DNA from: Eledone cirrhosa
Taxonomy: Eukaryota
Assembly: GCA_964016885.1 (NCBI GenBank)
Contig: OZ024740.1
Span: 224,750,001 to 224,814,000 of the forward strand
Reading direction: 5' to 3'
Length of the DNA stretch: 64,000 nt
In this document: positions 40,451-53,090 of the stretch, piece after piece
Layout: every line of letters begins with the position of its first letter
Numbering within the stretch: position 1 is the first letter of the stretch
Notes under the pieces: generated by a model
What the model saw: the letters and a program-made list of their open reading frames with translations, nothing else
Told to the model about the DNA's origin: nothing
Database searches by the model: none
Translations under genes and position numbers: made by a program

Positions 40451-41369
40451 CTTTAAAAATTAAGTGAGAATTGAAAAAACTTGAAATTGAGATATTTCAG
40501 TGATTAATATTGAAATTCTCTCTAGTGGTTACTACTTCAACAAGTTGCATCTTTATTTTGTTATGGTATGATACCAACCATATTTGAACAGCATATTTGA
40601 ACAGCATATACTGATCAGACTCTAGCTCATCTTACACACACCATCTAAATCATGGGCTTTCCAATTAATTTTTTCGCTCTTTCCACACTTCACCTCAGTT
40701 CTTTGATTTCACTTTTTCACATCGTTTTTAATAGATTCTTGATGGTACTGTAACAGTAAGGTTCCATTTTATGGCAGAAGAGACTGATATTAATTGGGAA
40801 TTTTAGATGCCTTGAAATAAATGAATAAAATAATGTGAGTGAAAAGAAAGAGAGGATATGAAGGAAATGATGACAGAAGAGAATAAAAAAATGAAGAATA
40901 GAGAAAGGGAGCATACGAGGAAGATACAAAGAAAGGAAAAGAAATAAAAGGAAAAGGTGGGTAGGAAGAGAAGATAAAATAAGAAATGGGAAAAAATAAT
41001 CAAAGATCAACTGCAGATGATTAAATCTGTGAGATAAGGGTGTGAGTTTGTGTGTTTGTTTTAGGAATTCATCAGCTCTTAATTCTGCTGGGAATTGATA
41101 AAGCAAACTCTGTGAGATTGATCAAAACAGTTTAAACACATTTGAAAAACTAATACAAAAATATAAAATGAGAATAGCAATTAGCCAATGGGATTGATTA
41201 TTTGTTAATATGAGGAATATTTTTTTATTAAATTCATGTGAGAAACAAATATTAGAGCAATAAACAAAGGAGTGCTTTACAGTGTTTCTGAGAATATTAA
41301 ATACATTTGTAACACATTCAATATCATTTTTATTTAATGGTAGGGGGAGTTGATTTTCTCAAAAGTTAT

Positions 41370-41740
41370 TACCAATTCTTTTGTTCAAATATGACTGGCA
41401 AATTCTATATTGTTCATTCCTAAAGAACAGAACTCAACCAAGTAATTATATATATATATATGTGTGTGTGTCTGTGTGTGTGTGTTTACATTTCTATAGT
41501 GGTAAATACTATACAAATTTATATACACAAACACACAAATATATAAATAAGTACTTGGTTGAGTTCTGTTTATGAATTGATATGAACAATATACAATTTG
41601 TCAGTCATATTTGAACAAAAGAATTTGTAAATGTGAATTGGTAAATATTGGTAAATATTATATTGATAAAGAACAGAACTCACCCAAGTAATTTTATATA
41701 TATATGTGCGTGTGTGTTTGTGTGTGTATGTGTATTTACA
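41370..41740. repeat. Inverted repeat (41370-41450 / 41545-41630) plus a direct partial copy (41668-41740)
   Basis: AATTCTTTTGTTCAAATATGACTG..AGAACTCAACCAAGTA versus its reverse complement. AAAGAACAGAACTCA.CCAAGTAATT is repeated. Confidence 0.85.
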
Positions 41741-41974
41741 TGTTTATATATATATATATATATAAATCGTTATAAAAAGGATGTTTGTTTGTACGTTGAC
41801 TGCAAATAACATGAAAAGAAATTGATAATAATTAAGGTTTTTCATGTGTTTTCATCTAATCTGACCTCCAACAAGATCACTATCGATTATTTTCCTAATA
41901 CGGAATGGGAAGTGTAAGTTGGGAGAGATTTTACTGCTCTTTCTAGCACTCAGATACTATCTGTTCATCTGTCA

Positions 41975-43182
41975 TCTATGTACATATAAAATAGAAGTTT
42001 GTTTGAATGCTGACCACTAATAACACTAAACATAATCTGACCTCTGACATGCTTGCACTTGCCTTCTTTACCAGAAAAGGATTTGAGGAGGGAGGAATCC
42101 TTGGATTATTCTAACCTCAGAGATTTCTTCAGTGTGAATAGCAGAGGTGTGAAGTGAGGGAAACACATAGTTACAGATAAGCACTTCTCAGCTATTCAAA
42201 TACATAGACAAGCAATCCCTTGATACTGAAGGCTGTTTCAATTCTTCATCATTTTGTACTGGTGTGGAAAGCGTTGAAAGCTTAATTAATTGTGTTCACC
42301 AATTTCCAAATCCACCATTCCAATGAGGAGTAGCTGTATAAAAGAGCATTCCTTCCCTCCCCCACCCCCACCCCCAAAGCATCACTGTGAAAGCAATCTA
42401 AGATATCGCTCACAAATGATCCCTGGAGGTAGCCAGACTTATAAATTTATTGACAAAGTTGTCAACGGGGATAAAGCAGTTCATTATCCTGTTGAATTTC
42501 TCAACAGCCTGGAGCTGTCCGGTATGCTACCAGACAGCCTTGAATTGATGAAGTGCACAGTCACCATGTTTCTCAGAAACCTGTATCAGTCTAGATTGTG
42601 CCATGGGACGTGTATGGTTGTGACTGATCTACAGCCTCATATTATTGAAGCCAAAATCATCAATGGATATGATCGGGTAAACATCATGTTTATATCTAGA
42701 GAGCTGTTAATACCGACAGATGTCCACTTTCATTTCAAATGATTACAATTCTCAACGAGAGACAGTTACGGTATGCAATGACCATTAACAAGTCCCAGAG
42801 TCAAACCCTGCAGGTTGTTAGTCTCCATGTAGAAGAGGGTTGTCTCTCACATGGCCCATTGTATGTAGGTTATTCCAGACTAGGAAGACCCCACAGACTC
42901 TTCCTTCATATATGCTCCAAAGGAAAAAGTTACAAACATTGTATATACTGAAGTTCTGTAAATGTTTTATAACTTTTGTTGAATACATTTTTCAGTTATT
43001 TTCTTTTTAATTTTGGTATTAAATATTCTAAATAAATTTTTTAAATTATGTTATGCAATATTTAAATACCTTTCAACATCTTTCATTCTAATGAAAGTGG
43101 ACACTATGACAGACTACAATGGGTGCCTAATAAATATATTTCAGTACAGTATAGATCAAGGTGAATTCCAGGGTGCCACTAC
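41975..43182 (+). mobile_element. Internally deleted Helitron with PIF1-like helicase C-terminal pseudogene
   Basis: ORFs 42290-42742 (YPVEFLNSLELSGMLPDSL..MFLRNL..LCHGT) and 42739-42951 (AMTINKSQSQTL..SHGPLYVGYSR). Tentative A|TC start at 41975 and CTAC|T end at 43182; termini are low confidence. Confidence 0.88.
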
Positions 43183-43549
43183 TATATATATATATATAAT
43201 ATGTTTTAATATGATTTTATGTGTTATTTCGAGGACAAAGGACAGTGCTTGTGAATTTTTTCCTGTGAGCGTCCATGACTGGTGGAAGAGAGAAAGTTAT
43301 ATGTAGATTGGCAACCTAATGTGATATTGCTGCAAAGCTAAATGGCATTTTAAACAAAACAGCGGATTATGTATATAAAGGGGTATGCGTGGCTTACATG
43401 TTCACCTCAAAACCAGTGAATTTGGATTCAACCCACTGCATGGTATCTTTGGCAAGTGGTGTACGGAAGGGGTGATGGAGGGCAAGGTGGTACATACTAG
43501 ATGTATGCCTCAAACCAAGCATATGAGAAGGAGAGTATATATATATATA

Positions 43550-43963
43550 TCATCATCATCATCATCGTTTAACGTCCATCTTAAACGCTTGAATGGGTTT
43601 GGACGGGAGTTTTCCCACTTGGGGTTGTACTTTTGTTTGAGGTGCCTACTGACTGTAGTAGGTTTCACTTTGTACTTAGGTAAGGCGGGTCGTCTGTATT
43701 ACTGTGTAGCGCCAAAGATCTCGGTCCAGTGACATTGTCTTGGAGAGGTGTAAGTGTGTGAGGTCGGAATTTATAAAGTCATCCCAGGTTTTTCTGGGTC
43801 TGCCTACTCCGTGGCTACCGTCAATTTTTATTGCCCTGCACTTTATACACTTATACAGCTGTCATCTTTCATGCGCATCACGTGACCATACCAACGTAGT
43901 CTTCTTTCGAGTAAACAACATCTGATCCCTCTTATTTCTAATTTTTCCCTTAGTTCGTTTATG

Positions 43964-43967
<4 letters not shown>
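43550..43967 (-). mobile_element. RTE family B 3' fragment with internal deletion
   Basis: ORF 43843-44040 RRLRWYGHVMRMKDD. Matches 10710-11040. Confidence 0.9.
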
Positions 43968-44007
<40 letters not shown>

Positions 44008-44019
44008 GGAGGTGTGTTT

Positions 44020-45570
44020 TATTGTAGCACAATAAAGCAATGCAAATATCGGATAAGTAGCACTCTACAGTTTGTAGGACTGGAATATAAATAATATAAG
44101 ATCAAAAGATGGTTAAAAGAGTTCCAAGTATTTTATTATGCGCATTTCAAAAACAAATATCATCATGAGATGATATCTGCGTTCTCATCAGATAAAATAT
44201 GATATGAAGCTTAAAAAACACTTGTGAATAGTGAAGTTTTAAATCAACGTATGAAAAATAAATTAAGATGGATGTATGAGATTGGGAAAAAGTGAGGGGC
44301 GGGAGGTAAGGAAGAGGAAGAAATAAGAGTAAAGGGTGGTGGGAGAGAAGTATAAGAAGGAAGGATGAGAGAGGAGGAGAGATGGGTGATAGAGAGAGAG
44401 AGATAGCCTTTACAACTGAGAAAAAATATTGTCTCACAGAGAGAAATTAAAAAGTCGTTAGAAGATAATAGATACTTTAAAAGATTTTAAAATTAAAAGT
44501 TAATGAGGTTTATGCATGAAGAAAATGGAATTAAGAATAGTATTAAATTAAGGTTTGTATATTGAAGGGTTTAATAATATGTGCGAAGAAAAGAAGGTAT
44601 TAATATGTATTATTAAAATAAAAATATTAATGATATTAAGGATATAATGTGAAAAGAAGGAGAAGAATAAATGAGTTATGAATTTAGAGGAATTAGTTGG
44701 GGTTTAAGTTTGTTTTTATGTAATTTAATAAGTGTACGTAAATAGTTTGTTTAAAATGAACGCGGAAGGAAAGAAGAAAAAAGAATGTTTAAGGAAGAAA
44801 ATATCTAACATCAAAAAGTATATATGTTCACGAAATATTTTCTAATGGTAATAATATAATATATTAAAAGAAATTAGTGTAAGGTTTGAGTTTGTTTTTA
44901 TGTATTGTAATATGTAAAAGTCAAATTAAGTGGTAGGTTTAAAACGAGCATGAAAGGATGGAAGAGATATGAAAAATTTAAGGAAGAAAAAAATCTAACG
45001 TGAAAAGTTTATATGTTTACGAAGGACTTCTAATGGTAATATTATAATGTATTAAAAAATAATTTTTATGGCCAATCATATGAGGAAAGATGGAAGAATG
45101 GATAATGTGGTGGTGAGTAGTAATATGAATTGAGAAGGAGTTGTGAAGAAAAAGTACAGATTAGAGGTTAGAAATTAAAAAGAAAAAAGGAAGAAAGGAA
45201 AATGATAAAGAGGAATGATATAGAGTGAGTAAATTTTATTATATAATATATAATACTGAAATAAGGCAGAAAGATGGGTATATTTGTAAAAGATATATAA
45301 GTTTTGAGAAAAAGGATTTTAAACTAGTAAGGTATTGAGATATTAGCTGTATACTTTATGGAATGTTCTATGGAATTTATGCAAGCAGAGAGAAAATAAA
45401 TCTGTGAGTCTATTTATTATAGAATTGAAATTAGATATAATGTTAAATTTCTCGGCTAGACAGAGATTACATGTTCTGGATAAGGAAGAATTCAGGTAAG
45501 GAAAGGCGGAATAAACCTTCCTCCAAGAGATGTTATAGTTAATATTTTTGCTAAACAAATTCAGAACGAA
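44020..45570 (-). mobile_element. Penelope-like element 3' portion (GIY-YIG C-terminus, long pyrimidine-rich 3' region, hammerhead)
   Basis: ORF 45343-45708 [40 protein letters not shown]. Hammerhead at 44129-44199. (TA)n on both sides. Confidence 0.82.
44129..44199 (-). ncRNA. Type I hammerhead ribozyme
   Basis: Minus strand: TATTTTAT-CTGATGA-GAACGCAGATATCATC-TCAT-GATGATATTTGTTTTT-GAAA-TGCGCA-TA-ATAAAATA. 8-bp stem I, 16-bp stem II (G-U rich, one mismatch), palindromic ATGCGCAT stem III, AUA site. Confidence 0.88.
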
Positions 45571-45730
<160 letters not shown>

Positions 45731-48383
45731 GTCCTGGGTATGACATTAAACTACATCCAGTGGCAAGGCTCCAGTTCGGGAGTTCAGGAGCTATGGGGAA
45801 TGTGGAGTTACCCCTTAGTTGTCATAACTCCCAGGTCTGCTCTGGCCCGGAGTAGTAGTACCTGTTAGGGCCCCATTTATGGGTTAAATAACTACCTTAT
45901 TCGAGTGGCGCCGCTAAGGTATTGTCAGCCATTGAAAAGAAATATGGAGAGTCTGCCTAACAGCACTAGGGTTAGAGCCCCTAATTACACTGTCAAAGAG
46001 CAGTCTGGTCGTTATGACTCTGCTGGCTTAGAGCCACGGGGAGGTACAGCTGTCTCTGAGCCAAATATAAGTAATGCAGTATTGTCCTACAAAAGAGCCA
46101 TCAAAATGGGTACTTTGAATGTGAGGACTATTCGGACGCTGGAGAAGAGAGAGGAGTTAGAACATCTGTTCGAAGAGAGTGGTATACAGATACTTGCGAT
46201 CCAAGAACACAGGATCCTACATGATGAGCCCGTGAGGATTGTGATGATTAGGAAGATGAGCCAGCTCATCACCATATCGGCAGTGAGGAACATGACCAAC
46301 GTTGCAGTGGGAGGGGTGGGTTTTGTTTTCAGCACAAAAACCAGTCCAACCGAGAGAGACAATGATGTGAGTGTAGAAGAGTTTCATGAGGAGGTGTGTA
46401 GAGCTATTAACACCACACAAGCACACAACATCCTGCTTGTTTTGGGGGACTACAATGCACATCTGAGTAAGGAGGGCAGTGAAGATCCTTGCTGGTACTT
46501 CCATAACAACACCAACCGAAATAGAAGACTACTGAGAGACTCCCTGCTGGAAGCGAACTTGATAGCGACCAACTAAGGTTTAGGAAGAATCCGGGGAAGA
46601 TGTTGACCTACATCTCAGATATGCATCTGTCCAAGTCCCATATTGATTTCATTCTGGTGGTGAAAAAGTGGCGGAATAGTGTTCTGAACACAGAACCATA
46701 CAACTATTTCAGTACACTGGGCAGTGACCACTGGCTTGTTATGAGTGAGGTCCGAGTGAGCTTAAGAAAGAGCAAGGCTCAGCTCCGGAGAGCAATCTAT
46801 GACTGGGGAGCTTTCAAGGAAGATGATAAGCTACAGGAGAGGTTCACAGTGGAAGTGAGGAATAGGTTCAGTGTTCTGTGTGGAGAGTCAGAGGAGAGAG
46901 AGATTGGATGGACTGAGGAGAGTATAACGAGGATGTATGGGTACTTCACCAATGTAGTGGCGGAAGCAAGTGAGAGCCTGGTGCCGAGGAGAAAGAACAA
47001 AAGGAAGCACATCAGCTCTGCAGACCCAAAAGTGTGTGCAGCCAGAGAACACCTGAAAGCTGCCAAGGACCAATTCTATGCTAATCCTACGGAGGAGAGG
47101 AAGGAGAATGTGAAGGTGATGAGGGAAGAACTCTGTACTGCTTACACTGAGGCCAGAGAGGAGGCACTGATAGAGAAGATCAGATGTGTGGAGAGAGCAT
47201 TTGACAGGTCTGGATGTAAGGAGAGCTGGATGATCATCAACGAGATCACAGGGAGGAAGAGAAGGTGTTCGAGTCAGATCCAGGGAACAGGGCATGAGGA
47301 TAGGAAGAGGAAATGGCTAGACCATTTTAGGACCCTACTAGGAGAGCCGCCCTCCACAGTATAGAAAACTGGAGAGATCAGGCGGCTGGTTGAAGAACTG
47401 GATTTGAGACAGAGCCCTTCACCAGAGAGGAGCTTCAGAGAGCCAAAAAGAAGATCAAGGAGGGCAAGGCTCATGGAGAAGATGGAGTGTCATCAGAGGT
47501 GAGGAAGAGTTATGATGTTGATGATATCATCCTGGGGTTCTGTAACCAGGCACTGGAGAAAGGAGTTGCCCTGAATCAGTGGAGGATCAGTAACATCGTC
47601 CCAGTGCCAAAGAAGGGAGATCTCTCTAACGCCAACAACTACAGGGGGATCTCACTGACGTCACTTGTGGCAAAGACCCTCAACAGGATGATTCTTAACA
47701 GGATCCAACCTGAGATGGAGAAGAAGCTCAGGGACAACCAGAACGGCTTCATAGAGGGAAGATCAACCACCAGTCACATCATGATGCTGAGGAGGATATT
47801 AGAGGGAGCTAGAGCAAAGTGCCTTCCTGCGGTCATAGTTTTCATTGACTTTAGGAAGGCCTTTGATTCTGTGGACCGTCACAGCCTGATGAAGATCTTA
47901 CAGGGTTATGGAATCCCCATGAAGATATTGGACCTGATATCACTGCTCTACACCAACACCAAAGCCCAAGTCATTACACCTGATGGGATGACAGAGTTCT
48001 TTGAGATACTGGCTGGAGTGCTCCAGGGTGATACATTGGCTCCCTACATTTTTATCATTGTAGTGGACTATTGTATGCGCCTTGCACTGGAGAAACACCA
48101 GGACTCTGGCTTTACTGTAGCGCCGGCCCAGAGAAGGAGAGTTAAGGCGAAAAAGATATCGGATGCTAAATTTGCTGACGACATAGTTTTGGTGACAAAT
48201 ACAGTGAAGGAGACAGAGGATTTGATGCAGGAGGTTGAGACTGTGTCGATGAGTGTGGGACTGAGAATGAATGAGACTAAAACAAAACATCTGGTAGAGA
48301 TTGTTGAGAAGCCAGAGGGGATCACTAATGTAGGCGGGAAGCCGCTAGAATTGGTTGAGGACTTCCTGTATTTGGGAGCAAAT
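45731..48383 (+). mobile_element. RTE-clade LINE family A: 5' leader, APE endonuclease and RT; disrupted by stop and frameshift
   Basis: ORFs 45905-46576 (GTLNVRT, LAIQEHR, LGDYNAH), 46600-47364 (HIDFIL, GSDH) and 47487-48575 (NYRGISL, FIDFRKAFDSV, GVLQGDTLAPYIF, FADD, FLYLG). Confidence 0.93.
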
Positions 48384-49056
48384 ACGAACAGCAATGTTAC
48401 GTGGATATGTTGGATATGTAACAGTAATATACATGAACGGCAAAGCATAAATGAACTAAGTGAGAAATTAAGAATAAGAGGGATCAGATGCTGTTTACTT
48501 GAAAGTAGACTACGTTGGTATGGTCACGTGATGCGCATGAAAGACGACAGTTGTATAAAAAGTGGAGGGCGATAAAAATATACGGTAGCCACGAAGTAGC
48601 AGACCCAGAAAAGCCTGGGACAACTTGATAAATTCCAACCTCACACACTTACACCTCTCCAAGACAATGTCACTGGACCGAGATCTTTGGCGCTACACAG
48701 TAATACAGAAGACCCGCCTTGCCTAAGTACAAAGCGAAACCTATAGTTAGTAGGCACCTCTAACAAAAATACACCCCCGTCTCACTACACCCAACCCATC
48801 CAGACCACCCTTTCGATGTAAAGTTATGTTGGTACCACAACATCCAGTCCGAAATAAATGAGGTCGTGTAGGTGTTACGACAAAAAACACCCAGACAATC
48901 CTGTAATGTGGCAGTGTAGGTAACACGGTAAAAACCTCTCAGTCCTATAGGAGCAAGACAGTCCTATAGGAGTAAGACAACCAGTATTGCCTCAAGTGGG
49001 AAAATTGCCGTCCAAACCCATGCTAGCGTGGAAGATGGATGGTAAACGATGATGAT
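48384..49056 (+). mobile_element. RTE family B 3' end fused directly to the family A RT
   Basis: Reverse complement of about 10380-11165 with a small deletion. Has RLRWYGHV and a (GAT)n tail. Confidence 0.9.
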
Positions 49057-49058
49057 GT

Positions 49059-49111
<53 letters not shown>

Positions 49112-49113
49112 TA

Positions 49114-49650
49114 GATAGGGGAAACTATAGAGGCATTAAATTAATTGACCAGGACATGAAGGTCACAGAAAAAGTAATAGCGCAACTAATCAGAGAGCGA
49201 ATTGATCAAGATGAAATGCAGTTCGGGTTTGTGTCAGGTAAAAGTACCACAGATGCTCTTTTCATTGTACGACAACTACAGGAGAAGTATCTAGCTAAAA
49301 GTAAACCTGCTCTTTTGTAGACCTGGAGAAAGCCTTTGACAGAGTCCCCCGCTCCATTATCTGGTGGGTTCTTAGAAAACTAGTTGTAGATGAATGGCTT
49401 GTGAGAGCTATACAAGCCATGTATAAAGAAAAGAGTCAGCAAGGTTAGAATTAACAACGAATATAGTAAAGAGTTTAGCGTAAAAGTTGGTGTTCATCAG
49501 GGCTCCGTCCTTAGCCCCCTCCTCTTTATTATTGCCCACCAAGCTATAACGGAGTCTGGACGACTTGATAAAATCCGACCTCACACCTCTCCAAGACAAT
49601 GTCACTGGACCGAGCTCTTTGGCACTACGTAGTAATACAGAAGACCCGTC
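49114..49650 (+). mobile_element. RTE family B fragment: RT domains 1-4 joined by deletion to a short 3' piece
   Basis: DRGNYRGIKLI..QFGFVSGKSTTDALFIVRQLQEKY. Junction to GACGACTTGATAAA near 49555. Confidence 0.88.
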
Positions 49651-49959
49651 TATAAATATAAGTATGTATACGTACATACATATATGTGTACAGACGTACA
49701 CTAGTATGTATATATATACATACATGCACACATATATATAAGTACGTATGGTTTCACCGAACATTTATTATAATGTTCAGTTTGTTTGTAAACAAACAGC
49801 CCGAATTAAGCCGTACAATGCTCGGCAACCATCGTCGACCTTTTGTTCAACACTGACACAGGAACGATGTACTAGTTTGTCACTCGATATGCAAATTAGG
49901 CTGCTCAGCCGTTAATATGCATAAGGAAAGTATATACTTTCAAACGTTCAATCATCTGG

Positions 49960-50370
49960 CAGATATATTCCAACATTCTACTGGGTGTATTTTATAGTGG
50001 CACCAGCACTAGAGAGGTTGTCATGTTTTCGACACAATTGAAGAGTTCTTCTGCAACTTTCTTTGGCAGATTTTCTATGACTGGATGTCCTTCCTATTAT
50101 CAATAACTTTACAACATGTACTGGGTGCATTGATCATGTAGATCGCCAACTATAAGTATGTTGTGATTTGATTGACACAACTGGAGCATCCATCTAAACA
50201 GTTGTTCGGCAAACTTTCTAAGCTTGGATGACCTTTTTATTACCAACCATATTTCAGAATGTTCTGGGTACTTTTATTGTGTAGATTACCACCACTAGAA
50301 AGGGTTACTTGCCCTTGACACAATTGATGAGTCCTCAATCCCTTTCTGGCATAGTTTCTACAGCTGGATA
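49960..50370 (-). mobile_element. Decayed RTE-tail-related repeat with three diverged modules
   Basis: Repeated TTTCTA(T/C)..CTGGATG.CCTT motif at about 50072, 50216 and 50355. Confidence 0.45.
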
Positions 50371-50769
50371 TTAGCTATGATATTAGTAGCTATTTGGGCG
50401 TTATGATTGACTGGTCAGGATTTTAGAGGGGTTAGTGGTATAGTGATGCCAGAATTGCTACTAAGAAGTGAAGCATGAATAGGGTGGTCAAGTACTGGGG
50501 TGATGAGAAATAGCTGCTGCTACCACCACTGCTACTACTACTAGCACTTTCACCACTACTAATACTACCACCATAACATAGTGTAATTCATAATAAAAGT
50601 GTATTTGAAGGCCTATAAAATATCTTTATGTATAACAAACTTATATTAATCTTGCTATAACAGTTTTAAGCTGTGATGTTCTCACAACGGTCTCATAGCC
50701 ATGTGAGAATGCCAGGCACTTGTTTTACATATCATATAAGCTTTCCTATATTTACAATTATCATTATTA

Positions 50770-51296
50770 AAGGTTTACGATCTGAGTTCAAATCCCGCCG
50801 AGGTTGACTTTGCCTTTCATCCTTACAGGGGTCGATAAAATAAAGTACCAGTAATGCACTGGGTGATTTGCTGGCCTTGTGCCTAAAGTAGAAACAATTA
50901 TTAAGGGTGGTGGATTAGCAGTATCAGTAGAGTTTTGGACAACATGCTTTGTAACATAGAGTTACAGCACCTTTGCTCTGAGTTCAAATCCTGCTGAGGG
51001 TCGATAAAATAATATACCAGTTACACACTAGGGATGATTTAATTAACTTTCCCTCCCCAAAAATTGTTGACCTTTTGCCTAAAACAGAAATTATTATAAT
51101 TATTGTTGTTGTTAGGGTTATTGATTGGCAGTATTTTACTTGCTCTCTATATTCTGAGATCAAATCTTGGTGAGGTCAACATTCACTTTCATCCTTTCTG
51201 AGTAAATAAAGTACCAGTAACACACTGGTGTCGATTAAATCGACTTTCCCTTTTTCTTCAAATTGCTGGTCTTGTGCTAAAAGTAGAAACAATTAT
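50770..51296 (+). mobile_element. Three head-to-tail Nin/Deu-type SINE copies
   Basis: TCTGAGTTCAAATCC..GAGG..GATAAAATAA.TACCAG..CCTT.TGC.TAAA..AGAAA repeated at 50770-50900, 50905-51095 and 51115-51296. Confidence 0.85.
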
Positions 51297-52846
51297 CATT
51301 ACTTTACTATATCTGCAGAATGAAGTGCACATACACACTCACTCTCTAACACACAATAACCATGTGTTCTAGCCTCCTTTGATAATTTTATCCAAAATCC
51401 ATTCACAAAAATTCCTTTTGTAATATTGAGAAATTCTTTTTAATGGATTCTATCTCAATTCTTGCGCTATATCTTTACTTCTCAATCATTTTGACTGTAT
51501 CATATTACATGGAACTGTCTCTGGTTTTCTTATCATGAATATACATGTCACCCTTGGAGCTACAGCAAATAGTATCTAGAGCTTTTATTGAAAAAGCTAC
51601 TTCAGTTTGGAAACATACATATTTTGTAAGCATTTCCTTTTAAATAGTAGCCTGTCATGATTTAGATTTAATTCTAAGTTCATCGACCTAACACATATTT
51701 TACTGTTACACTCAAGAAATTCTCATTTACTATAAAATATAGTGCTTAAAAAGACTTAGCTGCATATGTTTTAGTTTTCTACTATATATGGCATGAATTG
51801 GACAGTTGAAAATGTATAACTCACTGCCATTTCATTTAAATTGCAGTTTCTTTTGATAGCAGTATTTTTTCAATGGCGTGTGAACAAATTTTATTGGTCC
51901 TGATGTTGGTAATTATCAAACCAAATTTGTTTTCAAAATTTATTCCCAATGCCTTGCCTCGACCATTAGCGAAATCATTGAGTTATTTTGATTTCCATAA
52001 CATATACACAGGAACTAACATTTCTTAGTAAAAATATATCTAACTGTATCAAATTTCAACTTTGTCGCTGACTTTAAATATAGCAACACCAATGGTCAGC
52101 AAACTGTTCTTACAGCTCACATTTGCATAGATTTAATGATTGGGGCCCCATCCGATGATGTCACCATTTTCTCAGTGAAGTGATAGGAAGTGGATTCAAA
52201 CTCAGATGTCACTGAGCTAGAACAGATACCACCAGATGCGCTGACAATACGAACATTTACTCCCAATATATTTGAAGAAGAATGAAACAAGCATCATACT
52301 AGCCTATAGGTGAAAGACCATACTTTAAACAATATTTTTACTATTTAATTTTACACAGAAGTTGTGTATGATACAGATTCACCAGAGTTTGAATCTAAAG
52401 CAGACTTGTCAGATAAAAACTTTGTTTTAAATTATTGCATCACCATAAAATAATCTTTTGTGTTTGTGACCTATAGTTGAAAGATTACATGCAGCCTAGT
52501 AATTGTAGCAGAATATGAACTCGATCTTTTGGTAACTCTACATAATAGTGTTTAAAATACTGTAGATCTGAAAATCTTTGGGTGTTTAGAGAGATACATT
52601 CTAATGGAATGACATTCAAGTTACATTAAAATGAAAAACAAACTGCTTATATAGATTATGGAAGATAGCAGATATTGGAGTTACAAAATCAATAGAAAAA
52701 GAAACATTCCTAGGATAACAGTTTGTAAATATTTATGCATTAATCCAGCTACATATATGAGTGTGTTAGGTGGGGGGTGCATATATATTATATATTTATT
52801 TATACATGCATATGTAGTCAAATATACTTATTCGCTCATATATGCA

Positions 52847-52883
<37 letters not shown>

Positions 52884-53090
52884 ATGGTAGAGGAAAATAA
52901 AAAAAAAAAGAATCTTAATTATGAAACAAATGATTCTTCTTAAAAACAGAGTATCTTTTATTACTGAGAAAATACTTTCAGAGTTGTTCTTGTTTGACAA
53001 GCGACATTGTCTGAGACCATGTGTTCAAATAAAGGCAACTACATCAAAGAAGAGATATTTTAGCCATTAAAGGGAATGAGTAGGTGCTAA

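Noticed and set aside
41020-41080. CTGATGA on the minus strand next to a GA-rich tract
   Set aside because: No GAAA or paired stem II downstream.
40717-41106. Hydrophobic 129-aa ORF (also 44147-44437)
   Set aside because: F/L/S-rich translation of low-complexity GA/TC tracts.
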